Of a DNA stretch of 64,000 nucleotides, positions 17,573 to 32,585 are shown piece after piece (within the stretch, counting starts at the first letter, position 1; every line of letters begins with the position of its first letter). Below the pieces are notes generated by a model. The model was not told the origin of the DNA. It searched no databases and was given only the letters and a program-made list of their open reading frames with translations. The position numbers and the translations under genes are program-made. Origin of the DNA: the human T2T-CHM13v2.0 reference genome, Homo sapiens; the NCBI RefSeq assembly GCF_009914755.1, contig NC_060930.1; one strand, given 5' to 3'.

Positions 17573-17855
17573 GGCCACATGCAGTGGTTCACGCCTGTAA
17601 TCCCAGCACTTTGGGAGGCCAAGGTGGGTGGCTCACTAGAGGTCAGGCGTTCGAGACCGGCCTGGCCAACACAGTGAAGCCCCGTCTCTACTAAAAATAC
17701 AAAAATTAGCCGGGCGTGGTACCACGTGCCCATACATAGTCCCAGCTTCTTGGGAGGCTGAGGCAGGAGAATTGCTTGAACCTGGGAGGCGGAGCTTGCA
17801 GTGAGCAAGATCGCGCCACTGCACTCCAGCCTGGGTGATACAGCGAAGACTCAAA
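17573..17855 (+). mobile_element. Alu (S-like)
   Basis: Dimer; tail replaced by a triplet-like repeat. Confidence 0.9.
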
Positions 17856-17914
17856 ACCACCACAACCACCACCAGCACTACCACCAGCACCAGCACCAGC
17901 ACCACCACCACCAG
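17856..17914 (+). repeat. Imperfect (ACC)n/(CACCAG)n microsatellite
   Basis: ACCACCACAACCACCACCAGCACTACCACCAGCACCAGCACCAGCACCACCACCACCAG. Confidence 0.9.
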
Positions 17915-18546
17915 GCTTTGTCAATTGAGAAAACACATCTAAATCCCAACTTTCCATTTTATTATCAGGGTGTTAGGTTTCCCTCATCAGCAACTGTTTT
18001 TAGTGAACTCAACATATTTGAATGCCAACTGGTTCTTGTATCTTCAATAATGCCAGAGGAATAAGATGGTACTGGGACTGTATGATTCTGATACACACAA
18101 GGATTGTCCCATAAAAAACTCAAGTCCATGGGCTTAAACACACCACCACACATATCCAAACTATGTGCAGACTGGAGAAAAAGAGCGCGTGGTCTGCAGT
18201 TTTTATTGTCTTAGTAATTCCCCTCAGATTACACAGTTATCAAAAACGGTGTTCAGTGAAGGCAACGCAATCACGTGTAGTACAGGTGTGTGTATAGTAA
18301 GCAGTTAGTCATCCAAGATCTACCCAAAAAAGGGCAATATTTCTCCCAGGCTTGCCAAAATATTAAAAACTTTTAAAAGTTATGCTTAGCTTGGGGGTGT
18401 TGGTGGTGATTTAAGTTTAACTTTACTCCTGTACCACTACCAAGACAAAAAGAACCATGTGGTTGACGGTACAGATGAAGCTAATGAAAAACCAATACTG
18501 TTTATACTCTCCCTTTGCTTAATAATCTACTCTTTAAAAAAGTCTA

Positions 18547-18858
<312 letters not shown>

Positions 18859-18869
18859 TTCTATTTGTT

Positions 18870-19010
18870 GGCCAAATATAATGGCTCAGGCCTGTAATCG
18901 CAGGACTTTGGGGAGCCAAGGCAGGAGGATCTCAAGGCGAGGAGTTTGAGACTACCCTGGGCAACATAGCAAGAACCCATCTCTAACTTTTAAAAACGTA
19001 AAAAAAAAAA
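18870..19010 (+). mobile_element. Alu monomer (FLAM/left arm)
   Basis: Left-arm similarity with A tail. Confidence 0.8.
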
Positions 19011-19293
19011 TTATATTTGTGTTATTACAGGTTAGCTCAGCTCGAACTTACTATACTACAGGATGAACCACAATAGCTTTATTCTTCTAATGTTCCATGG
19101 CCACAGACTACAGGACCAACCCCTGCTAGTGGGCACCTAACATGTTCATTCGATCCACAAATACCAATTAACTACTGCAAGGTGTGCCAGGCACCTCGAT
19201 GGGCACTGTGAGTACAGAGAGGCATTAGCCCTTCCTATCCCCGAGTGGCTTACACATTAATGAAGATGGGTGTGCCTCAGTGATCACACACCA

Positions 19294-19414
19294 CAGTGCT
19301 TCCCACATCAGCCTCACCATCAGAATCCCCACAGAAGCTTTTCAAACACCCGCAGCCCAGGAAGCTGTCACTTCCACAAGTGATTTTGAGGAGGCCAAAT
19401 TTGGGAATCACTGG
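19294..19414. mobile_element. MER5A-like DNA transposon relic
   Basis: CAGTGCTTCCCA ... TTTGGGAATCACTG terminal inverted repeats. Confidence 0.5.
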
Positions 19415-21394
19415 AAGGCAAGAGACGGGAGACAGAGGGCCTGGGTTTGAGAGCTAGCTCTGTAATCTGAGGACCCCTAGCTGATGACTTCCTGCCACTG
19501 GGCCTCTACCTGATCTGCAGGTAGAGTTTGGACTAGATGGCTTGAGGCCTTTTCCCACTCTGAAATGCTAGGTTCAAAGCCCACAGGCCAGGTGTGACAC
19601 AGCCAGTGCCATCGGACAGTAGAGGTGTAAGTACCCCCTGAAGGGTCTCCCTCCTTAGGGGACACATGCCAATGGAACCAGAGGTCCAATAAATACTCTC
19701 TGACCACTAGGAGAAAAGTAACCCACTAGAATGCTATTCAAGGCCAGCAAGTAGAGTGTTTTCACGGAGAAGGGACAACACACCTGTGTTCACTTTCCCA
19801 AGAAGGAAAGTACCCCTCCAGGCAGACACACGACAGCACAGGTGTTACCACTCCAATGCAACCGACATGCAAGGTGTTAAACCCCAAGCTGCTTTATTTT
19901 TAAATAAACTCAGTAACAATTCGCCTTATTAAAACAAAATAAACCCAACATCCTCTTTGCTCATTCCCTGGAGCACCTGAGCCTGGCACACAGGCCTGGC
20001 GGCAGGGGTGGCCCCAGCCTCACTCAGGCCAACCCTGTTCCTCTCCCTTGCTGCTGATATTGAGTGGCTGGAGACCATTTAATCTGTGAGCATCTTCCAG
20101 CTCGATCATTCTATGACTTAAAATCATCTTGCCTGGCTTTTGACACCATCCCAAGCCAGCAGCTATGTAGTCCTCTTTGAAATTATTTGGCTTTGAAAGG
20201 GAAAGGGACAAAAATGGGGATATGCTGTGGGGGGCAGTGTTTGGAGGTCACGTAACTCTGCAGTGGTTAAGGTGGGGTTTTCTGTTTCTTCCTTCTTTAG
20301 CTGAAAGGCTGTTGCCTGTCTGCCATGTTGATGCCAACAGTGGCAGTCCAAGACGGGGCCACAGTCTCCACTTCACAGATTGTTCTGCCCACAGGTTATT
20401 TCCACGGAGCATCCCAGGGAACTAGGATTTTTCAGAATATAGTTGGGAAAACATGATTTCTGAGTCTTCCCAGTTTAATTTTATCAAAATGGCATCTTAA
20501 AATGCCTTCTAAGAGTGTAAGGAATGAAAAAGGTACCAAGTTGACAATCAAATTTTGTATTTTGCTTCTAATCTATGAATATAATTGCTGAATATTTGGC
20601 CAAATTATTTCCCAGGTATTTTCCTCATTTTGGTAAATAAATATAGGTATGCAATTTTTCCTTTGGGAAGCATCCATTTCCTCTGAATATTTTAAACTTA
20701 TAGATTACCTCTACAATCACACTTTTTACAGCATAAATTCAAACTGTAATAAAAGCCCAAGACAGGAGGGAAAAGTCCAAGATCAGTTCCTCCACAAACA
20801 TTACAGGAGAGCAACCCTTGAGTCTTAGACAAAAGAACCAGATTTAATTTCAGTGGCCAGAACACTGCAGGAAAAAAGTTTGCAATAATTTTTTTATGTA
20901 CTCAAAAATCAGGAAAACCATGTAAAATAAGAAAGGGAAATTCAAATGGGAGCATTTGAATGTCTGAATTTCAGGCAGTGGATTCAGTGGTTAACAGATT
21001 AATCCCTATATTACCACACCTGCCATTTACTCAAAAACCAGTCTGAGTAGAGCCATCCAGCCACCACCAAGATTACATTGCGAGCTTGACCTTCCATATC
21101 ATTTAAAATGTCAACGCTGTTTTCCAACATTCCAGCCTTCTTCCGAAGGTGCCACTTCAGCAACTTTTAACAGCTTTCAAATATTTGGATAAGACCTTTC
21201 AAATACTTAGAAATGCTCTGATAGAAAGTAGATACAGTAAATTTTCTCCCACAAATGGGAGTATGATAGGGAAAATTCTTACAACCAATGATAAATGAAT
21301 TAAAAACTTTGCAGCTATTTTGGTTCACTTAATTGGGTAATTATAGAGACAAAACTGTATATTTTTCCTTTCATGTTGAGTCACTATGTACTTT

Positions 21395-21845
21395 AAATAG
21401 CAGCTATTGAAATGTAACTTACCATAAAATTTACCCATGGAAAATGTATAATTCAGTGGTTTTTAGTATATTCAGAGTTATGCAACTGACACTGCTATCT
21501 AGTTTTGGAATAGTTTGTCAGCCCAAAAAGAAACTCCATGGCCACTGGCAGTCACTCTGCATTCCTCCTGATCCCTCAGCCCCTGGAAACCACCAATCTA
21601 CTTTCTGTCTCTAAGGAATGGCCTATTCTGGACATTTCAGAGAGACAGAATTTTGTAATATGCAGTCTTTCATGACTGAATCCCATGACTTAGCATAATA
21701 TTTAAAAGGGTTATTCATGTTGTAGCATGCACCAGCACTTCATTCTTTTTTTACTGCCCAGGAATATTCCATTGTGTGGCTGTCACTTCTGTCTACCCAT
21801 TCAGGTGATGGACATTTAACTTGCTCCTTGTTGGCTTTTAGCAAT
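21395..21845 (-). mobile_element. Old L1 (L1MB/ME-type) 3' fragment
   Basis: TTCAGTGGTTTTTAGTATATTCA, CCACCAATCTACTTTCTGTCTCT, TATTCTGGACATTT motifs. Confidence 0.7.
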
Positions 21846-22136
21846 TGCAAATAAGAAACAGCTGAAAAACAATGGCATTCAAACTAGACTGTGGTCATTT
21901 TCAAAAGAATAAAAATCTTTAGGGAGAAACAAAATGAATTTTTAAAAACTAAACTTTTTGGGTTTACTGTTTTTAAGTTCTAAATGAAAATATTCTATGT
22001 TCTTAGAAGTTGCTGGCTGCCAAACTGACACCAACACAGTAGCGGCGCTCCAATCATGCATGGCCATGCTGCACTCTGCCGCCTTAGCCCTCACTGCTTC
22101 TGGGCGCTATGGGGTGCCCCACCAGGGCAGAGCTGA

Positions 22137-22538
<402 letters not shown>

Positions 22539-22773
22539 TAATTACAAAAATTTGTTTTGTTATAACTGAACATTCCCTTTCTATTTTAGACTTTCTTGGC
22601 TGAACATCTCTCTCCCCCAGCCCTATTCACGGCTGCTCACAAAAACATGACAATACCAGGCATGGTTCATGAAGTCTGGTGTGGGAAGAGGCCTGGCTCA
22701 CACCCCTTTGAAGTCATTTAAGACATATGGCCAGCTGTACCTTATATGCAGCCATTCACAGGCCCTCGAGGCG

Positions 22774-22925
22774 CTCAAACTTGAACATGTGAAAAAAAAT
22801 CACCCAGGGGCTTGTTAAAACAGTTTCCTGGACCCCAGGCCAAGGGTCTGACTCAGGGTGGGAGGGGCCTACATTTCCATGTTTACCGGCTCACAGCTGA
22901 TGCCAAGGTCATGCTATGACCAACA
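22774..22925. mobile_element. MER5A-like relic
   Basis: CTCAAACTTGA..AATCACC..GGGCTTGTTAAAACA..CTGACTCAG motifs. Confidence 0.5.
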
Positions 22926-24094
22926 GTGCCCGGGCGGCAGGGGGCAGAACCTGCCATCAGGAAAACGCAAAAGGACATGACCTGTTTGGCCAAGATTAAT
23001 GTATTTACCTCTGCTGATTTATAATCCTTTATATAAAAACATCCTTACTAAGTCTCCATTTATTGTACTAGCAGACAGGTTTTCTCTAATGAAACCTCAG
23101 ATCACAACAGATGGACTCACATATTTTAATAGTCTCTCTGGATCCTGATCCCCTTATCTCACTGTCTCCATAAACAATATGCCAACTGAATAAATTATAG
23201 CATTAGCTATGACAGACATTGGTCGTTTTCCACAAATGCTGGCTAACAGCCAAGCTCTGTAAAACATTACCATTGACTTAGCAAACCTCAACCAGCTTAG
23301 TGCAGAAATGCAGATACTCTAATTCGGTCAAGGCAGGCAAAGCAGAAAAGCCCGAGAGGCAAGTGAATTGTCTGTAGGTTTTTTTAAAGCTCTTCTTTCT
23401 CCCCATTACCAGCCTTTTTTGGAGTGTCACAGTAATGGCTAACATTGAAAATATAACTTTGTTTCCATGTATTATATGAAGCGAACATCTTTCTTACATG
23501 AACAATGCTGCTCCCAGTAACAAACTGTTTTATATACAAAATTATATCAATGTAATTGCAATTGAAAACCCAATGACGACTTTTTACATTATTATGGTTT
23601 CCAGCAAGCATATGGTTAGAATGCCCAAGTTTTACTCCAGAAGGGCAGTCCAGAAACCACCCTGTTATAAATAACATTCTTTCAAGGACAGAGAGGGCTG
23701 AGATGAGAACCACTATGTTGCTAAAGGTATTTATCAAAATATTCAAAACATTATTAGAGAAGTAAAATAGCAAGGTGGTCCTTAAAATATTATTTTCTAT
23801 TAAATGAAGTCTCTCTATATATATCATCAATTTATGACACTGACCTGACAGTATACTTGGCAAAGACATCAACACCACTGGTCAGGGCTCTTCTCTAATT
23901 CCCGCCCATAGCAGTGGCCATGTCACCAAGGAAAGGAAGGGCTAGAAGAAATTCCAGGGACACACATTTAAGCTCCCTTTTTCCTCAGAGATCCCTGTTC
24001 TGATAAGCGTTCTCTCTCAACATCAGCCTTCTTGAGCTAAGTGTCCTTGTTGACTTTTAGGAGGTGGAAATAACAGTATAAATACATGACGCTA

Positions 24095-24390
<296 letters not shown>

Positions 24391-24562
24391 TTGTACTAAT
24401 AAAATAATCCTGAGGCATATCTGCAAATGCAATGGATGAAGATGTAGAACACGGCTACTCCTTTCTATCAAGCTTTCTGTATCTTAAATTATACCTGATT
24501 ATTTTATATGACCTCTTCTTTTAAGGTTAAAGAAGAACGTGAGCGCAAAGGCAAAGAAATCT

Positions 24563-24697
24563 TGGCCAGGCACAGTGGCTCACTCCTGTAACCCTAGCAC
24601 TTTGGAAGGCCAATGTGGGAAGATCACTTGGGCCTAGGAGGTCGAGCCTGCAGTGAGCCATGCTTGCGCCACCACACTGGGTAACAGAACCCTGTCT
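24563..24697 (+). mobile_element. Alu monomer (FAM/FRAM-like), tail resumes ~24958-24977
   Basis: Monomer interrupted by an antisense Alu. Confidence 0.7.
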
Positions 24698-24945
<248 letters not shown>

Positions 24946-26078
24946 AGAACCCTGTCTCCAAAAACAAACAAAAAAAATCTGCTTGTCTATTGGGCTCAGG
25001 AAAATGTTCAGATGCCAAAGGCCAGCCATCTATCTAAGCTCCACAAATCTTGTAAAAAGTGCACAGAATTGTAACAAAAATTGTCACGTAATTCAGTAAC
25101 ATTTCAGTGCGCCATTTTATCTGCAGCACAATAACAAAAACATGGGTACGCTAGTTATAAAACTCATTCTGATAAGTTTTCATATAATTATATAACACCA
25201 GGATATGTACTAGTCTTTTACTGCCTGAGTAATAGGAATAATAAAATCATCCAGTGTTGGAACTCACAAGAGTCCACTTGTCACAACCCTGATAACCACT
25301 ATAACCAGCACTCCCCACAGGGGTCAAAGTGCTAGCTCCTCATCCTCAGTTATTCCTCTAGCTTTCCTAGGAATCATGGACAGTCATACTATTCCCAGGA
25401 ACATGACGCACAAAAGTCACTGGCCAGGTGGCAGAGTTCCGAGTACAGACCAGTGTTAGCTGCTGTGGGACGTCCTGGGGCCCATGATGGAGCTGCAGAC
25501 ACTGTGCGTTGCGACAGCTGTTGTTCCCCATCAGGAAGCTAAACCAGCAGGACAATTCAACCTTGGCCACACATGGATTGATAATGACAGTTAATGGAAT
25601 GACTTAGTTGCCTGTAGGCAGTGTCTGTCTACCAAAAAACGTAACCCACCACAACGTAGTGCCCTTTAGATTGAAACAATCTGGCCTCCCCACCCATTCC
25701 TTGCCAGGTGTAAAGGGCATTCATTGGTTAGTACCTGCCCAGGTGCTAATTACTAATGAAAGCAAGGTCATAACTACAGACTTCAGCATCTAAGGAGCCA
25801 ACTTAACTCTATGGAAAACCAAGCAGCTGTAGCTAGAGTTTCTCAGTTCAGTCCTTATTTTAGGAAATGGGAGTACAACTTTTAACCTGAATAAAAAGGC
25901 TTTCGGTACAGTCACTGTTTCAAATTTTAACTGCCAGCAAGTCTGGCAGAAAGGAAAATTTACCAAATATCAATTTTTATGATTTTTTATGATGCGTTGT
26001 TTATACTCATTCACATCTAAATATTTACAAACACCTTATAGTTTAGTTCTTCTGGAATATTTGTATACTTCTACTTGA

Positions 26079-26404
<326 letters not shown>

Positions 26405-27099
26405 GGTTTTTGCTTATTTAAGCACAAGAACCATACATGGTTTATCCCTCGAATACAGCATCCAGCCCATGTCCAGTATCCTAGGGGCCGTGTCTCCTAC
26501 CCTGCGATTCTCCTGACACCACAGGGAAGCAGGAACTCATTTCCCAGAGAAGCCAGAAGCACTTTAAGGAACTTTTTGAGTAATTTAAATGATGAAAAGT
26601 AACACTACATGCCACTCACACCTCCTTTTCTAAACTGTTCTCCTTACTACTTCCTCCAGCACCACCATTAGGCTAAACTTAAAATGTCAAGGCTAAATTC
26701 TTAATGTGCAGCAGACGTTAACAGGGCAGAGTATTGACACAGAAGTGGGGGCTGGGAATTTCCTAGTAACTTTGACTTTTCACGTATCTACATGATGTTA
26801 CATTTTTATGTTATATAAACGTATGTTTTAAGTAGCCAATCAGAATAGTGATGAAGTATAACTGGTAGAGTGACTCCAAATGAGTACTCGATACGAGGTA
26901 TACGGTTATCCTCGTCTGATGACCTTTTTTTAATGGTTACAAAAACTGAGACCCTCAACTTCTGGTAATCAGCTACCAAAATATCTGTGTAGCTCTGGCT
27001 CTTTAACATTACTCCTAAAATAGTATCTTTAAATAGATGCCAATGGTTTTATGCTTTTGAAAAGTTTGTATTTACCAACTCCAGGGTAAATATTATGTA

Positions 27100-27105
<6 letters not shown>

Positions 27106-27151
<46 letters not shown>
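27106..27151. repeat. (TA)23 microsatellite
   Basis: Perfect dinucleotide run. Confidence 0.97.
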
Positions 27152-27158
<7 letters not shown>

Positions 27159-28235
27159 CAGAGAGAGTCCAGAATAATAGCCACCCCATAATTTCAAGAA
27201 CATGTAATGAAATCTCAAATCCTAAATAGCTCTCCTTTTTCCTCTGAGAGTAAGCCACTTCCTGCCCCTAGACCCACATCCTGTCAGACCAAGGCTGCTT
27301 AACAAACACAAAAAGCGGACAAACCAGTCCCATCTGTGCTCATTATTATCAGCAAGAAAATCATGACCTTAGAACTAGAAGGGAACCTTCTGGGCATTCA
27401 CATTCAAAAGAGGGTCATTTTAAAACCAGGTTGGGAAGAGTTCTGTGCTAAGCCCTCCCTACTGTCCACTGCATCTGGGAGGCAGAAAGGAGCTGCTTTC
27501 CATAGGTCTGACAATGAAATGACTGCTAGTCATGCCCGAGTTCCAAGCCTGCACTGCCGAGTAACACTGATGGCCATTTCCGACCTGCTGATGGCGTATG
27601 AAAATAATGCTCCTGATACCTATTAGCTGCTAGTTTTTAAGGCCCTTTTTGGTGAGTGTCTCTAATTAAGAACCAACTTCTTCTACATTGGAAATAACAT
27701 ACATTGTGTGTTATCTAACAGGGAAGTAAACTGGACTTCTTAGACACCACTTTCCCCTAAGAAAGGGAAAAGAAATAATCAAAGGATGTTACATTCAGCA
27801 AAAGAAACTATTCTTTCTAGAAACACAATCTACATCCTTCTCATCTCCTTACCTCAGGGCAGGCAAAATAAAGAGAAAGTGACCTTGAACAAGAATTTAT
27901 CTAATAAACTCCTGAAGTCTAAGTCTTGATTGTATACCATGTGATTTCAGTTTCACTAGGTATATCATAAATACTTCATCACCAACATGCTTCACTGAAA
28001 TGTGCAGGTAATTATACACAGAAACTTAAGTTTAGTAACTACCTAGTAAACTTAGTAACTACACACATAAACAAAAGTAAGGGACAAGGCCAAGATGGCT
28101 TATTATATGCTAGAGTCGGTTTTAATTGTAGGCTCAGAAAACATAGGGAACTAAAGGCCTATAGATTAAACATCACTATTCACCTGGAATGCATGGTTGT
28201 CTCTGCAAATTTAGAAGCCTGTGAAGAGTTTTTCC

Positions 28236-28551
28236 TTTCTTTTTTTTTCTTTATTTTTTTTATTATACTTTAAGTTTTAGGGTACATGTGCACATTGTGC
28301 AGGTTAGTTACATATGTATACATGTGCCATGCTGGTGCGCTGCACCCACTAACTCGTCATCTAGCATTAGGTATATCTCCCGATGCTATCCCTCCCCCCT
28401 CCCCCCACCCCACAACAGTCCCCAGAGTGTGATATTCCCCTTCCTGTGTCCATGTGATCTCATTGTTCAATTCCCACCTATGAGTGAGAATATGCGGTGT
28501 TTGGTTTTTTGTTCTTGCGATAGTTTACTGAGAATGATGATTTCCAATTTC
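28236..28551 (-). mobile_element. Young 5'-truncated L1 (L1PA2-like) 3' end with poly(A)
   Basis: Near-consensus L1 3'UTR; ORF2 C-terminus [26 protein letters not shown]; GAG rather than ACA/ACG at the Ta diagnostic site (28353-28355). Confidence 0.93.
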
Positions 28552-28588
28552 TGATCTTGGGAGTGAGAAGGTGAGTCTAGGAAACAAT

Positions 28589-28836
28589 GAGGCTGAGGTG
28601 GGTGGATCACGAGGTCAGGCGACCAAGACCATCCTGGCCAACATGGTGAAACCATCTCTACTAAAAATACAAAAATTAGCCGGGCATGGTGGCGTGTGCC
28701 TGCAATCCCAGCTACTCGTGGGGCTGAGGCAGGAGAATCGCTTGAACCAGGGAGTCGGAGGCTGCAGTGAGCCTACATGGCGCCACTGCACTCCCAGCCT
28801 GGTGACAGAGACTCCATCTCAGGAAAAAAAAAAAAA
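28589..28836 (+). mobile_element. 5'-truncated Alu (Sc-like)
   Basis: Starts at GAGGCTGAGG, A tail. Confidence 0.88.
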
Positions 28837-29829
28837 GGTCGAAAAATTTCTTTGCTAACCTGTTTTTTAGAGGACATAAGACATAAACCATACTTAAGTC
28901 TTGTGCCATTGCTGAGATAAATTTTTGCCCCTAGTTAAGATCACATGAGCAATATTATACAATGTTAAAGAACATTTCTCCTGTAAGAAACTTCGATTAG
29001 ACAAGATTTGAACTCACCCCAGTCTTTACTTTTGCCATGTGTCAAAAATTAGCAAGACCAAAGTAGCTTCTTTTAAAAAATCCAAACTAAATCAGTAATC
29101 TTACAAAATTTGCTTAAATAAGCAAACCCTGCCAAAACTTTTAAAATCACCATTTCTGAAATTATACTAAATTAAAATTAAAAAAACTCTTCAATTTATA
29201 CTGTCAGTATCAAGTATGTTACATCTGAAATGGCATTATAATTTGTACATCATTACTTGACTGGAAAAGACATGGTGTACATTTTACAACCCTATCACTC
29301 ACCCCAACCCCAACCCATGGTTTGCTGTATTTCCTTCCCCCATCCCTGCCCACAGCCCCAGTATGTAGATTGATCTCTTAAAATGGCTAAAGCCCTACCC
29401 AGTAGATGCCCCTTATTTTGTTCATTTCAATTTTCAAGTCTGAGAAAATCGCTATTAAGACAATGACCTGTTCCCAGTTGGGTCACAGCACTGTGCCCCA
29501 TTCCTATGGGCCCCCCAAAACATTGGGAATACAAAGTAATAGTGGAAAAAACTGGGAACAAATCGTTCTATGTGTTTCCAAGTCAGCTGCAATTTTGAGT
29601 AGTGACCTCCTTTTAAAACATGTGCATGGAGGGTGAGATGGCCCGGGTGGGGCCATTTGATGAGATCAAATCAGTTACTCATTTGATCCAGAGCACAAAG
29701 GTTGCCCCAGCAGCAGGGAATGGGGGACCTGCCCTCGCCCTGAGATCCTCCCACCTCAACACTCAGGCACTTCATGACGAGCAAAAGTAAAGCATCTCTC
29801 CCTTTCTACCCTATAACATGCTTTTTAAA

Positions 29830-30180
29830 AGCAAATATTCTATTATGGAAAGTTGAAAACATTCATAAAAGTAGAGAGAATAAGTAGTACCATGATCCTC
29901 CACACTCTCTTTTCAGCTTCAACACCATTCTTTCTTCTACTCTACCACTTTCACTTTTTTTTTTTTTTGCTGGCATATTTTAAGGCCCTCATTCATTATT
30001 TCACTTGTAAAAACTTCAGTATATTGCTCTAAAGCACTAAAAAAAAAAATCACAATACCATTATCACATCCAACATAATTTAAAACAATTCCTTAATACG
30101 TCAAGTTCAGTAAATATTATTCAATTTTCCTCCATTTCTTTGAAAATGTCTTTTTGCAGTTGATTTGTTCAAGTTATATA
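29830..30180 (-). mobile_element. Old L1ME-type fragment
   Basis: AAAAGTAGAGAGAATA, CACAATACCATTATCACA, AACAATTCCTTAATA motifs. Confidence 0.5.
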
Positions 30181-30504
30181 ATGCACCTTGTTATCACACT
30201 ATTTCCACACTGCCTTGTTCAGCCACGTTCTAAATAAAAAATCCAGTTTTCTCACCATTATCTGTCTAAATCCATTTGAGAGTCTCACCCAAACAGCAAT
30301 GGATTATGTAAGCAAATACTTCAACATCCCAGCAGCCAACACCCTTAATTATTTAACTGAGGCAATGAAACACACCTTAATGAAAATACTGTACCAATAT
30401 ACACTACATATATGTTTACAAATAAAGTGATTCCAATCTCATATTTATGTGCTAAGCTTTAACCAAGTGACCTGTGGTTCAATTTTCTCTTTAAAAACAT
30501 AACA

Positions 30505-30853
<349 letters not shown>

Positions 30854-31607
30854 TTACAGATGAAGTAATGGTGCAATAGGTAAAATACTATCAAAACAAT
30901 CATTTCCCTGAACCACAGCACCTGAGAAAGGATGGAAGAGTAAGTGGGTTTGGAAATGATGGACTTATCACCAAACCCTTGCAAAAACAAGTTCTTGAAG
31001 AAAGACCATCATGGTTCACTGTCCAACCCAAAAGTGATTTACCAGAAAACCAACAAAAACACATCACAGTGGGCCCACTCCTAAGTCACTCTGCCCAGTG
31101 GTTTTAACGCTTCAAAGAGTCAGTAAAGAATGAAAGTTAATTCTAGCTCTTGCCAAAGCCTAGGTGAAAATTTACAGTAGCACGCTCACCACCCCCTGAC
31201 AATGTATTAGACATGTGTCTTTCCCCCTGCAATATAAGCTTCTTGAAAGCAGGTCTTTCTTTCAGGAGGGGCTGAGGAAGGCACGGCTCCCTTTACAACT
31301 CCAAACAGAAAGCCCATTTTATTTAGTCAGACCAGCATCTCCTTTCCAGAGCATTTTGCCATTGAGGAAAGGTGGGACAATGTGCATTTCAGGCTCAAAT
31401 ACACATTAGCAGGAAATGGGTTCCACCATTCACTGGATGTGACTGTCAACCAAGCAGGTGATAATCCTTTAAAAGCCTCTTTTTGTTCACCAATGTCTCC
31501 CCAGTACCTGAAAACCTGGCACAAAGTAGGTGCTCTATTTGTTGAATGAATGAACTTTATGCAGGGTGGTTGTACAGGTGTACCTAACATCAATAACTTA
31601 AGAAGAA

Positions 31608-31870
31608 TGTGTGTGTGGAGTTCCGAGCTAAGGAATCCTAGTGGCCAACCCTGAAATCAATTCCTTATCTATGGGGAACATCTGAACCCCCAGCCCACAA
31701 GCACTTTAAGGCTGCCAGGTGGAGGCTGTTAGGGGGAGTATGTTAAGTAAGAATGCTGTGTAAACTGCATGCTTTTTCCAAGCTTTCGGGAAGCAGTTGC
31801 TGTTCTGTCCAACCCACCACCACTGGACTGTCCCATATGTAAATTTCCAATAAACCTGATGCTATCCCTG
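31608..31870 (+). mobile_element. Solo LTR fragment (ERVL, LTR47-like)
   Basis: GAGCTAAGGAATCC..GTGGCCAACCC..TTCCTTATCTATG..AACATCTGAACCCC, TAAACTGCATGCTTTTT, AATAAA 31849-31854. Confidence 0.55.
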
Positions 31871-32318
31871 TTGAAGTCAACAGAGGTCTAGCAAGACAGC
31901 TGTGTTCATCGTGGCAGCAAAAGGACAAACAACAAGGTTACATTTACTTACTACATTATTTCATCGGGCTGCTAAGTTAGAGGAAAAGAATGACCATCAC
32001 GAGCTAGTAAAGCTTTTAATCAGATTAGAATTTTATCAGGTACAAGTGGAACCGCACAGCCCTTACTGACCAGGGCCAGGCATAAGGCCAGGTGCTTCCC
32101 ATGTGCCATCTTAGCAGGCATCCCAGGCGGGCACGCAGGATCTTGTTTACAGATGAGGAGGCAGAGGGAGGTGAAAAAACTTGCCCAAGATTACCCACTA
32201 GGAGGCAGGTATGTTTACCTATTTGCTCGTCCTTCTTCCCTCTATTTATCCTGCCAATAAACAAGAATTTAAAGTTTGCTATAAAATAATAATGCTAAAC
32301 AACAAACAAACAAACTTG

Positions 32319-32585
32319 GGCCAGGCATAGTGGCTCATGGCTATAATGCCAACACTTTGAGAGACTGAGGCAGGAGGATGGCTTGAGGCCAGGTGTTTGA
32401 GACCAGCCTGCACAAAACAGTGTGAAACTTCATCTCTATAGAAATAAAAATAAAAAGATTAGTCAGGTGTGGTAGTGAGCGCCTGCGGTCCCCCAGGAGT
32501 TCAAGGCTGTGGTGAGCTATGATTGTACCACTGCACTCGTGCTTGAGCAACAGAGCAAGACCGCATCTCAAAAACACAAAAACAA
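32319..32585 (+). mobile_element. Alu (J-like), internal deletion
   Basis: Degenerate dimer. Confidence 0.85.

Noticed and set aside
28467-28655. 62-aa ORF ending in the L1 ORF2 C-terminus
   Set aside because: Chance fusion of Alu, spacer and truncated L1 sequence
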